A DNA stretch of 63,137 bases from an uncultured Eubacteriales bacterium (GTDB taxonomy: Bacteria > Actinomycetota > Coriobacteriia > Anaerosomatales > JAAXUF01), in assembly GCA_964541225.1 (NCBI GenBank), contig CAZIPN010000009.1:1-63137 (forward strand), written 5' to 3'. Below the pieces are notes generated by a model. The model saw only the letters and a list, made by a program, of their open reading frames with translations. It ran no database searches and was not told the origin of the DNA. Made by a program: the position numbers and the translations under genes. Positions 18,695 to 31,192 of the stretch are shown here, one piece after another. Position 1 is the first letter of the stretch. Each line of letters starts with the position of its first letter.

Positions 18695-19882
18695 CTACTC
18701 GTAGCGTAGCGCCACAATCGGGTCAAGCCGAGACGCCCGCCATGCGGGATACACGCCGAAGAAGACGCCCACCGCCGCGCTGAAGACGAAGGCCAGCGTC
18801 ACCGCCCACCACGTGACCTCGGCAGGTACCCACTTGTGCAGCGCGTACGCACCTCCCGCGCCCAGCCCAATTCCGATGGCTCCGCCGAGGATCGACAGCA
18901 TCATCGCCTCGATCACGAACTGGCTCAGGATGTCGTAGGTCCGTGCGCCGACGGCCTTGCGGATGCCGATCTCTCGCGTGCGCTCGGAAACGCTGACCAA
19001 CATGATATTCATGATGCCGATGCCGCCGACCAGCAGGGAGATCGAGGCGAGCCCCGCGAGCATGGCCGTGAGCGTCCCGAGGATCGTCGACAAGAAGCTC
19101 AGTGTTTGCGCCTGCGTCATCACGGTGAACGGACTCTTGAAGTGAACGCGCAGCGCCATCTCGACTTGCGCCTTGACGGCATCTATATTCTTGGCATCTG
19201 GGGTGCGCACAAGGAGCTCGGAGATGTTGCCCGTGCCGAGCAACTGTTGCGCTGTCGAGATCGGGATAATGACGAGATTGTCTTGACTCCCCCCGAACCC
19301 TCCCCCTCGCGTCTCGAGCTGACCGACCACGCGAAACGGCGCGCCGTTGATGTCGACAGTGCGTCCGACCGGATCCTGTCCAGGAAACAGCTTGTCCCGC
19401 ACCGTGATTCCCAGCACCACCACGCGAGACGCACCGACCACCTCGCCACGCGAGAACCAACGACCGCTAGCGATGTTGCCAAATGCCGCGTCCTTCACGT
19501 TCTCGTCAGAGGCGACAATTTGGGTGTTCTGCCTCTTGTTGGCAGCACGAGCCTCGCCGGCAGCCTGGAGCTCAGGAATGACGGTGTTCTCCGGGCCAAG
19601 ACGAGTCCGCAGGTACTCGATGTCGCCAAGTGTGAACTGCTTGACGATCTCTCCTCCGCCTCCGCCTCCACCGCTACTCAGATCACCAGGTAGGGCGAAC
19701 AGGATGTTGGATCCAAGACCAGCGATCTGTCCTGTGATCTGGCTCTGAACACCGGTCCCCAGCGACACCAGCAAGATGACCGCAGCAACCCCGATCACGA
19801 CGCCGAGCATCGTCAAGGCGCTGCGGACCTTGTTGGCGTTGAGCGCGCGAAGCGCTATGCGGAAGCTCTCGATGAGGTTCAT
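18695..19882 (-). CDS. MacB/FtsX-like ABC transporter permease
   Basis: RSALTMLGVVIGV, GGIGIMNIMLVSVSERTREIGIRKAVGA, PAWRASRLDPIVALRYE. Confidence 0.93.
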   Translation of the reverse strand: MNLIESFRIALRALNANKVRSALTMLGVVIGVAAVILLVSLGTGVQSQITGQIAGLGSNILFALPGDLSSGGGGGGGEIVKQFTLGDIEYLRTRLGPENTVIPELQAAGEARAANKRQNTQIVASDENVKDAAFGNIASGRWFSRGEVVGASRVVVLGITVRDKLFPGQDPVGRTVDINGAPFRVVGQLETRGGGFGGSQDNLVIIPISTAQQLLGTGNISELLVRTPDAKNIDAVKAQVEMALRVHFKSPFTVMTQAQTLSFLSTILGTLTAMLAGLASISLLVGGIGIMNIMLVSVSERTREIGIRKAVGARTYDILSQFVIEAMMLSILGGAIGIGLGAGGAYALHKWVPAEVTWWAVTLAFVFSAAVGVFFGVYPAWRASRLDPIVALRYE

Positions 19883-20736
19883 ACGCCGTGCTTCACATTG
19901 ACCGAGAGATTCTCCGCGACCGTGTCGATCCGAGCCTCATCGGCGAGATGCCTGATTTCCGCACTCGCGATGATGCGATCATCGACCAGCTCGTTGAGGA
20001 CGATACGGCCGTCCGCGATGTGCACAACGCGTTGCGCGTGCCGAGCCACCCGCGCATCGTGGGTGACAAGCACAACCGTGATGCCCTGGTCGTTCAGCCC
20101 CTGTAGAATCTGCATCACTTCAACGCCACTGCGCGAATCGAGGTTGCCGGTGGGCTCATCGGCAAGCACGATGCTCGGCTCCGTCACGAGAGCTCGGGCT
20201 ATGGCGACGCGCTGTTGCTGGCCACCCGAGAGCTGATTGGGCATGTGACGCAGCCGCTCCCCAAGGCCGACGCGCTCCAGCGCGGCTTTGGCGCGTCGAG
20301 CCCGCTCCCCGCCCAGGATGCCCGCATATATGAGGGGCAGCTCGACGTTGGCCACTGCCGTGGTGCGAGCGAGCAAGTTGAATGACTGGAAGACGAAACC
20401 GATGCGTTTGTTGCGCACAGCGGCAAGCTGGTTGGGCTTCATGTCGGAAACGTCCTGCCCGTCGATCGTGACGGTGCCACTGGTCGGATGATCGAGCAGA
20501 CCAATGATATGCATCAGCGTCGACTTGCCCGAACCGGATGGCCCCATGATAGCCAGCATCTCGCCACGACGAACTTCCAACTCGACGCTGTCAAGCGCGT
20601 CTACGACGACTTCGTCGAGTACGTAGCGCTTCGTGACGTCGCGAGCCTCAAGCACGATCGCCGCCGCGCTCGGCCCTCCCATTTCGCCGCTCGCGCCGAC
20701 AGCGCTGGACGTCACGGGCGGCTGCACCATAAGCAC
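19879..20736 (-). CDS. ABC transporter ATP-binding protein (MacB/LolD family)
   Basis: GPSGSGKST, LSGGQQQRVAIARAL, LADEPTGNLD. Confidence 0.94.
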   Translation of the reverse strand: MLMVQPPVTSSAVGASGEMGGPSAAAIVLEARDVTKRYVLDEVVVDALDSVELEVRRGEMLAIMGPSGSGKSTLMHIIGLLDHPTSGTVTIDGQDVSDMKPNQLAAVRNKRIGFVFQSFNLLARTTAVANVELPLIYAGILGGERARRAKAALERVGLGERLRHMPNQLSGGQQQRVAIARALVTEPSIVLADEPTGNLDSRSGVEVMQILQGLNDQGITVVLVTHDARVARHAQRVVHIADGRIVLNELVDDRIIASAEIRHLADEARIDTVAENLSVNVKHGV

Positions 20737-20749
20737 TCCCCGCCGCCGA

Positions 20750-22030
20750 CTACTGCGTGCGGACGGTCATGCCGTCACTGTATTGTGTCGCGCCAGCTAG
20801 TGCCACGGCGTCGCCGTCGCTCAAACCGCTGACCACCTCAACTTGCGTGTCCGTCGTCGCTCCAACGGTGATGTTGGTTTGGACGAGCTTCGTTCCTGCG
20901 ACTTTGTAGACGTAGTTCTGACCATTCTGGTTGAACAGTGCCTCCACGGGGATCGTCAACGCTCCCTCGACTGCCGAGACCTGGATGGTCGCGTCGCCCT
21001 TCATGCCAAGCAGCATCGTCTTGCCAGGATCGGTCATCCCGAGTTCCACCTGGAAGATGGTCCCACCCGTAGCGGTAGGCTGCGCCGCGGGATTGATGTG
21101 GATGACCGTCGTCTTGAACGTCGCACCCGGAAACGCATCGAGCGTAACATCGGCGGTCATTCCGAGCTTCACGCGGTCGATGTCAGCCTCGTCGACCTCA
21201 GCGGTGAACGTGGACGTCCCGAGAGCCACAACGGAAAACGGCGCGGCCGCAGGCGACACACCGACGCCCTTGGCGGGTAGAGGAGCCTTGCCATCTGCTC
21301 CCGCCGTGCCGACCGGATTCAAGAACACGGTCCCATCCATGGGCGCCACCAGTGTGGCGTCGTCGAGATTTGCTTGCGCGACATCGAGCGCAGCTTCAGC
21401 AGAAGTGACTGCGGCATTCGCTGCCGCACGTTGCTCGTCGACGTTACGATTCTTGTCGACCTTCAGCTCCGAGGCCTCGGCGTTGAGCAGCGTCGCCTTG
21501 GCGCCCTTCATCGCGGCGTAGGCGATCGCCACGCTGGCATCCTTCGACGCTTTCGACGGAGTCTCGGGCAACTTCTTGGTGGCATAGTACGTATTCTTCG
21601 CGTTGTTGTAGCTCGCTCGCGCAGCCGTGACGGCGGCGTCGGCGGCGGCGTCATCGAGACACGTCGGCGTCGAGTTGTTGAGGGTTTCGACACCTGCCTC
21701 TGCCTGCTTGACACCTGCCTCTGCCTGCTTGACTGCCGCCTTCAGCGGAGCGGTATCCATCTTGGCCAGCTTGTCGCCAGCCGTCACGCTCTGCCCGTCT
21801 TTGACGTAGACCGCCGAGAGCGTACCCTGCGTCGGCGCGTAGACCTCAGCCCGATCACCGGCCGATATCTTGCCCGAGGCGGAGACTGTCACCTTCAGCG
21901 AGGTCTTGCTGGCCTTTGCCGTCTTGATGACCGGACCGCTGCCAGCCGATTTTGAAAGAAAGTACCCGGCCACTCCGACCACCACGACGAGCACCACAAC
22001 GCTGACGACGATCTTGACAGTCCTAGACAC
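20750..22030 (-). CDS. MacA-like membrane-fusion/adaptor subunit
   Basis: N-terminal TM, lipoyl half-motifs (VYVKDGQSVTAGDKLA; LVAPMDGTV), coiled coil, AEVDEADI; GGGAGG RBS before GTG 22030. Confidence 0.88.
   Translation of the reverse strand: MSRTVKIVVSVVVLVVVVGVAGYFLSKSAGSGPVIKTAKASKTSLKVTVSASGKISAGDRAEVYAPTQGTLSAVYVKDGQSVTAGDKLAKMDTAPLKAAVKQAEAGVKQAEAGVETLNNSTPTCLDDAAADAAVTAARASYNNAKNTYYATKKLPETPSKASKDASVAIAYAAMKGAKATLLNAEASELKVDKNRNVDEQRAAANAAVTSAEAALDVAQANLDDATLVAPMDGTVFLNPVGTAGADGKAPLPAKGVGVSPAAAPFSVVALGTSTFTAEVDEADIDRVKLGMTADVTLDAFPGATFKTTVIHINPAAQPTATGGTIFQVELGMTDPGKTMLLGMKGDATIQVSAVEGALTIPVEALFNQNGQNYVYKVAGTKLVQTNITVGATTDTQVEVVSGLSDGDAVALAGATQYSDGMTVRTQ
21689..21733. repeat. 21-bp perfect tandem duplication (VKQAEAG x2)
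   Basis: GACACCTGCCTCTGCCTGCTT repeated twice, one heptad of the coiled coil. Confidence 0.85.
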
Positions 22031-22177
22031 CGTGCCTCCCTCTCCGACCCTGCGCGGGGTTCGGGACAACCTCTTCAACGCCCTTGAGCACTCCCTGCAT
22101 TGTTCCACAACGACCCGCTCGCGTCGCGTCTGCTGGCCGCGAATCCGCAGGCTCGCGAGATAGATCGTCCACTAGCG

Positions 22178-22207
22178 ATCATACTCGACTGACCGACCGT
22201 CGGTCAG
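22178..22207 (-). promoter_or_regulatory. macAB-like operon promoter with overlapping palindromic operator
   Basis: CTGACC-18 nt-TATGAT on minus; palindrome CTGACCGA-CCG-TCGGTCAG at 22189-22207. Confidence 0.6.
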
Positions 22208-22238
22208 CCCACCGATCTGCGCGCGACAAACTCGCCGC

Positions 22239-22934
22239 TCACACACGGAAACGCGCCTCGTCGCCACCCAGAAGTTGCCTCAGATCACCGAGCTTCCCGA
22301 TCGCGTAATCGGGCTTCGGCTCAAGCACTCGCTCGGGAAAGGGGCCCCACGTTGCCGCAACCGTGAGGACACCCGCAGCCCTCCCCGCGACCATGTCGTG
22401 AGGGCTGTCGCCAACATACATGCACTGCTCTGCCGACAAACCCAGCCGCCGCACGCCCTCCACGACAGGTTCGCCCTGGGGTTTGTGAATCGTCGTGTCT
22501 TCGTAGGCAACGATGAACTCGAAGAACCGCTCGAGCCCAAAGTACTCGACCCCTCGTTGTGCAACCGACCTGCTCTTCGAAGTGACAACTCCCATGCGAT
22601 ACCCATCATCTTGCAAGACGGCGAGCGCTTCCTCCGTCCCGGGGTACTCGCAGATCAGATCGTCGTGAACACGCTCGTTGTATTCCCGATACGCCACAAG
22701 CAACTCATCAACATGGCCGGGCGCGTACTCCCCCATCTGAGTTCGCAAAGGCACACCGATGTTGTGCCGCAACACATCGTCCGGCAAGGCCTCACCGAGC
22801 ACCGCTTGGGTCGCATGGCGAGCCGAAGTCACGATGAGATCTACCGTGTCGACCAGTGTGCCGTCGAGGTCAAATAGCAGCCCGTCGATTGCCGCTATTC
22901 GCCGCGCACGCTCTCGAGAAGTCGTGTCATTCAT
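22239..22934 (-). CDS. HAD-superfamily hydrolase (PpaX-like)
   Basis: [31 protein letters not shown]; overlaps the gyrA stop. Confidence 0.9.
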   Translation of the reverse strand: MNDTTSRERARRIAAIDGLLFDLDGTLVDTVDLIVTSARHATQAVLGEALPDDVLRHNIGVPLRTQMGEYAPGHVDELLVAYREYNERVHDDLICEYPGTEEALAVLQDDGYRMGVVTSKSRSVAQRGVEYFGLERFFEFIVAYEDTTIHKPQGEPVVEGVRRLGLSAEQCMYVGDSPHDMVAGRAAGVLTVAATWGPFPERVLEPKPDYAIGKLGDLRQLLGGDEARFRV

Positions 22935-25560
22935 TCGGAGGGTTCTGCTCTTCTGCCTCCGTCGGTTCGGCTTCTTCGGCGTCCTCAAATTCTTCGGCCA
23001 CCAGCTCGTCGGCTTCGTCCTCCCGAGCGTCAATCTCGGGCGCATCGGTTGGGCTGACCTCGCCCTCGACCGGCAGTGTTCCCTGCCCCTCGGCTACCCT
23101 TGCAGCGGACTTCTTCCTTCCACCACTAACTCGAGCTATCGCGCTGACGTGATCGGTTTCCGACACGTTCATCACCTTGACACCCTGGGTCGAGCGACCA
23201 AGCCTGCTGATGTCTTCCGCCTTGACGCGGATCACAACGCCCTCTTCCGAGATGAGCATGAGCTCGTACGCCGGCGAAACGATCTTCATGCCGACAAGAG
23301 CGCCCTTCTTCGGAGTGACCTGGATGGTCCGTACGCCCTGGCCACCTCGGTGATGCTCGGGGTAGTCCGCAACGGCCGTGCGCTTGCCGTAGCCACGCTC
23401 CGTGACGACGAACAGCTCAGTACCATGCGGTGCGATCTCCATGCCGAGAAGGGCTTCGCCTTCTTTGATGGTCATGCCTTTGACGCCCATGGTGTCGCGA
23501 CCCATTGGTCGCGCCTCGGACTCATCCCACTTGATGGCCTTGCCGGAGCTCGCGACCATCATCACCTTCTCGCCGGTCTTCACGCGGCGAACTGAGATCA
23601 GCTCATCTTTGTCGCGCAGGTTGATCGCGATAATGCCATCTCGGCGGGAACGATCGTACGCTTGCATTGCGGTCTTCTTGACCATCCCCTGCCGTGTCGC
23701 GAAGAGCAGGAATTCGTCGGCAGGGAATGCCTTTGTGTTGATGACTGCGGCGATCTTCTCGTCGGTCTCAAACGGCAGCAGGTTCACGACAGCAGTGCCG
23801 CGCGCATGCCGCGATCCTACCGGCAGCTCGTGGACCTTCATGCGGTAGACCTTGCCCTTCGTCGAGAAGAACAGCACGTAGTCGTGTGTGCTCGCGATGA
23901 ACAAGTGCTCGACGAAGTCGTTGTCTTTCAGGTTGACGCCCTGTAGGCCCTTCCCGCCGCGCTTCTGCTGACGATATGTCGCCACGGGCAGCCGCTTCAC
24001 GTAGCCGGTCTTGGTGATGGTGACGACCATGTCTTCCTCGGCGATGAGGTCCTCGACATCGAGATCCTTAGCCGCCGCGGTGATGACGGTCCGGCGCTTG
24101 TCGGCGAACTTCTGTCGCACCTCGGCAAGTTCGTCCTTGACGATCTGTAGCACCAGGCCGACGTCGGCAAGGACCTTCTGGTACCAGGCGATCTTCTCGC
24201 GCAACTCGGCGAGTTCTTCTTCGATCTTGTGTCGCTCGAGGCCCGTGAGACGACGAAGTCGCATCTCCAGGATCGCATCCGTCTGAATCTCGCTGAGACC
24301 AAACCGCTCGATGAGCCGCGCCTTGGCCTCGGCGTCGTCATCGCTAGCGCGGATGATCTTGATGACTTCGTCGATGTTGTCGAGTGCGATGACGTAGCCC
24401 TCGAGGATGTGTGCACGTTCTTGGGCTTTGCGCAGTTCGTACTGCGTCCTGCGGGTGATGACCTCTTTCTGATGCTCAATGTAGTAGTGCAGCATCTCTT
24501 TGAGCGTGAGCGTTCTCGGGACGCCGTCGACGAGGGACAACATGATCACGCCGAAACCCTGTTGCAGTTGCGTGTGCTTGTAGAGCTTGTTCAGCACAAC
24601 CTGGGGAATGCAGGCTTGCTTGAGCTCGATGACGACCCGCATGCCTTTGCGGTCGGATTCGTCGCGCAGGTCGCTGATCTCCGTGAGCTTCTTCTCGCGA
24701 ACGAGGTCCGCGATCTTGGCCACCAGCTTGGACTTGTTCACCTGGTACGGGAGTTCGTTGATGATGATGCGCGTTCGCCCGGTTGAGGTTTGTTCTATGT
24801 GGGCCTTGCCGCGAATCGTGATCGATCCTCGTCCGGTCTCGTACGCCGAGCGGATCCCGTCGAGGCCCATCACCATGCCGCCGGTTGGGAAGTCCGGACC
24901 TGGCAAGACGGCCATCAGTTCGTCCAGAGTCGCGTCTGGATTGTCGATGAGCATTGTCGTCGCGTCGACGACCTCGCCGAGATTGTGCGGGGGGATGTTG
25001 GTGGCCATTCCAACCGCGATGCCGGCCGAGCCATTCACCAACAGGTTGGGATATCGGCTCGGCAAAACGAGGGGCTCTTGCAGCGACTCGTCGTAGTTCG
25101 GCCCGAAGTTGACTGTCTCCTTGTCGAGATCCCGCAGGAGTTCCATGGCCAGGCGCTGAAGACGAGCCTCCGTGTAGCGCATGGCCGCTGCGGAGTCGCC
25201 GTCCACCGATCCAAAGTTGCCGTGCCCGTCGACGAGCGGCGCGCGCATGGCAAACGGCTGTGCCATCCGGACCATGGTGTCGTACACCGCTGCGTCTCCG
25301 TGGGGGTGGTACTTGCCGATGACCTCTCCGACCGTCCACGCCGACTTCTTGTACGCGCGCGTCGGCGTCAGACCGGATTCATGCATGGCGTAGAGGATGC
25401 GGCGGTGCACTGGCTTCAGGCCGTCACGCACGTCTGGCAGTGCTCGAGACACAATGACGCTCATCGAGTACTCCAAGAACGAGCTTTTCAGCTCGCTTTG
25501 AATCTCGACCGGCAGTAGCGTCGTCCCGCTTGTGTCGATTGTCCCGCTATCGTCTGCCAC
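22927..25560 (-). CDS. gyrA: DNA gyrase subunit A
   Basis: [29 protein letters not shown], GyrA-box QKRGGKG, beta-pinwheel repeats. Confidence 0.98.
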   Translation of the reverse strand: MADDSGTIDTSGTTLLPVEIQSELKSSFLEYSMSVIVSRALPDVRDGLKPVHRRILYAMHESGLTPTRAYKKSAWTVGEVIGKYHPHGDAAVYDTMVRMAQPFAMRAPLVDGHGNFGSVDGDSAAAMRYTEARLQRLAMELLRDLDKETVNFGPNYDESLQEPLVLPSRYPNLLVNGSAGIAVGMATNIPPHNLGEVVDATTMLIDNPDATLDELMAVLPGPDFPTGGMVMGLDGIRSAYETGRGSITIRGKAHIEQTSTGRTRIIINELPYQVNKSKLVAKIADLVREKKLTEISDLRDESDRKGMRVVIELKQACIPQVVLNKLYKHTQLQQGFGVIMLSLVDGVPRTLTLKEMLHYYIEHQKEVITRRTQYELRKAQERAHILEGYVIALDNIDEVIKIIRASDDDAEAKARLIERFGLSEIQTDAILEMRLRRLTGLERHKIEEELAELREKIAWYQKVLADVGLVLQIVKDELAEVRQKFADKRRTVITAAAKDLDVEDLIAEEDMVVTITKTGYVKRLPVATYRQQKRGGKGLQGVNLKDNDFVEHLFIASTHDYVLFFSTKGKVYRMKVHELPVGSRHARGTAVVNLLPFETDEKIAAVINTKAFPADEFLLFATRQGMVKKTAMQAYDRSRRDGIIAINLRDKDELISVRRVKTGEKVMMVASSGKAIKWDESEARPMGRDTMGVKGMTIKEGEALLGMEIAPHGTELFVVTERGYGKRTAVADYPEHHRGGQGVRTIQVTPKKGALVGMKIVSPAYELMLISEEGVVIRVKAEDISRLGRSTQGVKVMNVSETDHVSAIARVSGGRKKSAARVAEGQGTLPVEGEVSPTDAPEIDAREDEADELVAEEFEDAEEAEPTEAEEQNPPNE

Positions 25561-26148
25561 CTAGAGCACTCCTCGCTGTCGTAGAGATCTGTAGATCGCC
25601 CATCCGCCAATGACGATGAACGAGAGGCCGAACACGACCAACACCATCCCGCCGTTCGTACCTATCTGGCCGAGCTTCCGATTGAGTAGCGCTGCGGTTC
25701 CCCACACAACAGTCGCCGTGCCGACCAACCCGACCACAACTCCCGCAGTCAGCCCAACCACCCACACGGTGCCAAGACGCTCCGACTCTTCTGCCCGCAG
25801 GTTGAGCATCAGCATCTCGACCTGTGAGTCATCGAGCTGCTCATCGGCCGCACGCGTCTTCGATGCCGCTGACTGGCCTTCCGGCTCCGACCGGTTCACG
25901 AGTCCAGCCGACACCCCTGCTGCCGTCTCGGAACTCGCGTCCGCCACAGCGCCGTCTGCTTCTCCAGCAGCGCCCTCGTCCGGCGCGCTCTCTTGCGCCG
26001 CAGCCCGCGCTTCCCTCTCGGCTCTCTCGCGCTCGGCCTGTTCGCGGGCATGCTTCTCGAACTGAGCTTTCTCCCAGGGCGGCGGCTCAAATCGCCTCGG
26101 TTCTCGCCGAGGTGGCGGGGGTCGAAAATCAGAACCCTGATCGCTCAC
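25561..26148 (-). CDS. hypothetical membrane protein between gyrB and gyrA
   Basis: 195-aa ORF filling the gap, abutting the gyrA start; two C-terminal hydrophobic helices; N-terminal RRFEPPPWEK. Confidence 0.75.
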   Translation of the reverse strand: MSDQGSDFRPPPPRREPRRFEPPPWEKAQFEKHAREQAERERAEREARAAAQESAPDEGAAGEADGAVADASSETAAGVSAGLVNRSEPEGQSAASKTRAADEQLDDSQVEMLMLNLRAEESERLGTVWVVGLTAGVVVGLVGTATVVWGTAALLNRKLGQIGTNGGMVLVVFGLSFIVIGGWAIYRSLRQRGVL

Positions 26149-26175
26149 GTCCCGAAGCTAGCCTTCCCCTCGCGA

Positions 26176-28143
<1,968 letters not shown>

Positions 28144-28234
28144 CTACGATATCTTGTGGTTGCTCCGTAGATGGTACCACAATGTGTGGGGTAAACACGC
28201 CGAAACAGCAGCCTACGACGCCCTGTCGCCGTGC

Positions 28235-28762
28235 CTAAGACGAGCAATCCGATGACAGACCCTTCTTCCACTCAAGATCCTTCACCGTCGCCCGAAATAC
28301 GGCCGTACGGAGTTCCTCGTCGGGTATCTCCGCAACCGATGCCCGGATCTGATCGATCTCTGTCTGTGTCAGGGGAACCGGCGCCACCTTGTCTTCGCCA
28401 TAGAATTCCTCAGTCTGCTCTTCAATACGGCGCAGACGGTGCTCTTCGGCGACCTTCCGCGAGACAGTGAACCGCACCTCCCCTACCAATTCCTCTCCCA
28501 GTTCCTTGTTGATGGCAACCCTATACTGCTCGGCCGCCGCCGAGAAGTGCGTTGCCCACGAGTTCCCATCGACGTAGACGATGAGGACTCTGTCCCTCAG
28601 GTACGCGCCCGTGGTGTGGCTGACTGCAATTCCTTGAGCTGCCCGCTGCCAGGCCTCAGACACCCTCGCCGCCGCGTATGCCCCTGTCCCTCTCCTGTCC
28701 AGACGCTTGACTATGGAGTCGAGCGCTGGCTTCAATTCCGTCTGGCGTCCCCGTCTCTTCAC
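28235..28762 (-). CDS. DUF721/DciA family protein
   Basis: Canonical recF-gyrB position; W..A.G..AVSHT and LIVYVDGNSWA pattern; GTG overlaps the recF stop. Confidence 0.75.
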   Translation of the reverse strand: MKRRGRQTELKPALDSIVKRLDRRGTGAYAAARVSEAWQRAAQGIAVSHTTGAYLRDRVLIVYVDGNSWATHFSAAAEQYRVAINKELGEELVGEVRFTVSRKVAEEHRLRRIEEQTEEFYGEDKVAPVPLTQTEIDQIRASVAEIPDEELRTAVFRATVKDLEWKKGLSSDCSS

Positions 28763-29844
28763 GTCAAGCTCACGACCTTGGCGCGGCGTACAAGGTCGTC
28801 TTCGAAGTAGCCCAGGTTCGTTGTCGTCACGAACGTCTGGGCAGCCGCTCCCACGAACTCGGTGAGGGCCTGTCGCCGTGCCTCGTCCAGCTCCGACATT
28901 ACGTCGTCCAGCAAGAGCACGGGAGGTTGTCCCCCGACGTCCGTAATGACACCCACCTCCGAGAGCTTCCACGCCAACGCTACTGTCCTTTGCTGGCCCT
29001 GCGACGCGAAGTTCCGGGCGTCATGCCCGTTGACGGTGAAACTGATGTCGTCGCGGTGCGGGCCGACTAGACTCGTTCCCCTGCCTATCTCCTCGCCCTT
29101 CTTCTTCTCGAGCGCGACTCTCATGCCCTCGTTGGCGTCTGCCGCATGCTCGGCGACATCCGCCCACGAAGGCCGGTATCGCGACTCAAGCTCTTCTCCT
29201 CCAGAGAGTGTGCGATAGACCTCTGACATTCTTGCAGCCAGTCGCTCGAACAACCGTTGCCTGTGTCCACCGAAGGCCAGACCCGAGTCCGCGAGTCTCG
29301 CGGTCCAAACGTCCATCATCTCGCGGTCGAGCGGTTGTTCTCGCAAGATAGCGTTCCTGTGCCGCAGGATTCGTTCGTACTCGATCCGGGCACTGCGGTA
29401 CGCGGGAGAGAGCTGGTCGCCCATTCCGTCCACCGCGGCCCGCCTCTTGTCGGCCGAGTCTTTCACGACACGCAAGTCGTCAGGTGTGAACACCACGCTC
29501 GGGAGTATCCCCGCCACTTCGGAAATCCGGCGCCGTGTCTTCCCGTTTACCTGATATGTCCTTCTCCCTTGCGCGGTGGCATGCATGGTGACCTCAAGCA
29601 GCCGACCTTCTCCTTCGGCCGATAGCGTTGCTCGGGCCTCGCGCGTTCCCCATCGCACCACATCTCCCCACGACGGATGCCGAAAGGACTCTGCTGCAGT
29701 CAGAAGGTCTAGCGCTTCGATAATGTTCGTCTTTCCCGCCGCATTCGCTCCGACCAGGATGGTGAGTTTCGGGTCGGGTTCTACACGAAACCTCCCGTAG
29801 CTGCGAAAATCCGTCAGCTCAAGATGCTTGACTGAGAGTCCCAC
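28759..29844 (-). CDS. recF: DNA replication/repair protein RecF
   Basis: LTDFRSY, GANAAGKTN, GPHRDD, ASQGQQR, LLLDDVMSELD. Confidence 0.97.
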   Translation of the reverse strand: MGLSVKHLELTDFRSYGRFRVEPDPKLTILVGANAAGKTNIIEALDLLTAAESFRHPSWGDVVRWGTREARATLSAEGEGRLLEVTMHATAQGRRTYQVNGKTRRRISEVAGILPSVVFTPDDLRVVKDSADKRRAAVDGMGDQLSPAYRSARIEYERILRHRNAILREQPLDREMMDVWTARLADSGLAFGGHRQRLFERLAARMSEVYRTLSGGEELESRYRPSWADVAEHAADANEGMRVALEKKKGEEIGRGTSLVGPHRDDISFTVNGHDARNFASQGQQRTVALAWKLSEVGVITDVGGQPPVLLLDDVMSELDEARRQALTEFVGAAAQTFVTTTNLGYFEDDLVRRAKVVSLT

Positions 29845-29849
29845 GGCCT

Positions 29850-30950
29850 TCAGCCGGTTCGGACAGGCATAAGCACGTAGAGAAAGCCGTCTTCCGAGAC
29901 ACTTCTGATCAAACCGGGCTTGTCACGGTCCTTGATCTCGAGCCTGATCGTCTCTACCCCGGCAGAGGACAGGCCGTCCATTAGGAACGAGTGGTTGAAT
30001 GCGATCTCCGTGTTGCTTCCTTCGACCTTGACCATGAGATCTTCCGACGCATCTCCTACGTCTTGAGTCATCGCGGAGAGCGAAAGTGTCTGGTCTTCCG
30101 CATTCACGCCCAATTTGATAGGCGAATTGTGCAGCGCAAGCAGTGAGACTCTCTTGACCGCTGCAATCAACTCATCCGTGGGTATTTCGATCGCTGTGGT
30201 GGAGTCCTTCGGAATGATCTGTTTGTAGTTCGGGAAGTTCCCTTCGATTCTCCGCGTCACGAATGTCGTCTCGCCGAACTCGAACACGACCTGATTCTCC
30301 GTCACTCCCACTGTCATCTCTTGCGAATCACTCATCATCCTGGTGACCTCATCGAGCGCCTTTCCGGGGACCACCACCTGCAGACTTTCCGGGGGCTCGC
30401 CTTCCAGGACAACCTCGCTGATCGCAAGTCTGTACGAATCGGTGGAAACCATCTTCAGGGCCGGTCCTTCGACCAAGACCAGAATGCCGGTTAGGGTCGC
30501 TCGGGTTTCGTCCCGGCTGACAGAGCGCGAGACACGCTTGACCACTGAACCGATGACCTCTGAGGGAAGGGAGACCGTCTTCTCAAGAACCACCTCAGGG
30601 AACTTCGGAAAGTCGGCGGCACTGAGCGTTCTAATTGTGAAGGATGAATGCTGACACCTGACGTGCGCCACGTCCCCTTCGGTTTCTACGGTGACCGCAG
30701 CTTCAGGCAAGTTCCTGACGATCTCTGTGAGAAGCCTGCCTGGGACAACTGCAGTTCCCTCGTCTTCAACAAGAGCAGCGCACGTTCGCCTGACCGATAT
30801 TTCGAGGTCCGTTGCCTGAAGCTGCAACTGACTGTCAGAAGCGGATACCAAGATCCCTGAAAGGATTGGCAGAGTCGATCGTGCCGACATTCCTTTGCCG
30901 ACTACAGACAAAGCGTCGAGGAGTTCGCTTCGGGCGACGCTGAGCTTCAT
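29850..30950 (-). CDS. dnaN: DNA polymerase III beta clamp
   Basis: STLPILSGIL, ATDLE, STDSYRL, EGNFPNY, YVLMPVR. Confidence 0.97.
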   Translation of the reverse strand: MKLSVARSELLDALSVVGKGMSARSTLPILSGILVSASDSQLQLQATDLEISVRRTCAALVEDEGTAVVPGRLLTEIVRNLPEAAVTVETEGDVAHVRCQHSSFTIRTLSAADFPKFPEVVLEKTVSLPSEVIGSVVKRVSRSVSRDETRATLTGILVLVEGPALKMVSTDSYRLAISEVVLEGEPPESLQVVVPGKALDEVTRMMSDSQEMTVGVTENQVVFEFGETTFVTRRIEGNFPNYKQIIPKDSTTAIEIPTDELIAAVKRVSLLALHNSPIKLGVNAEDQTLSLSAMTQDVGDASEDLMVKVEGSNTEIAFNHSFLMDGLSSAGVETIRLEIKDRDKPGLIRSVSEDGFLYVLMPVRTG

Positions 30951-31192
30951 GTACTGTCCCTTTCTATTCAATCTATCAGTATTCATACATATAGCTTGTG
31001 GATTTGTGGACAGGTCACATTGTGGCAAGTCAGGCTCGGCGTGTCTCTTCTTGAGAGCCTGTGGACAACATGTTCACCGTATCCACAACATCCCCAACCA
31101 GACCCGGCGTCCACAGATATGGCGAGTCTATCCGCACGGTATCAAGACGATATCCCCCGTACTATCAACAGGGGCCCTACGTGTTGGCCACT
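30951..31192. other. oriC, dnaA-dnaN part with unwinding element
   Basis: Tandem DnaA boxes (minus strand CTGTCCACAAATCCACA, ~30997-31013) next to an AT-rich tract with NAN trinucleotide periodicity (30961-30993); further degenerate boxes near 31060, 31079, 31107, 31128 and 31162. Confidence 0.85.
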
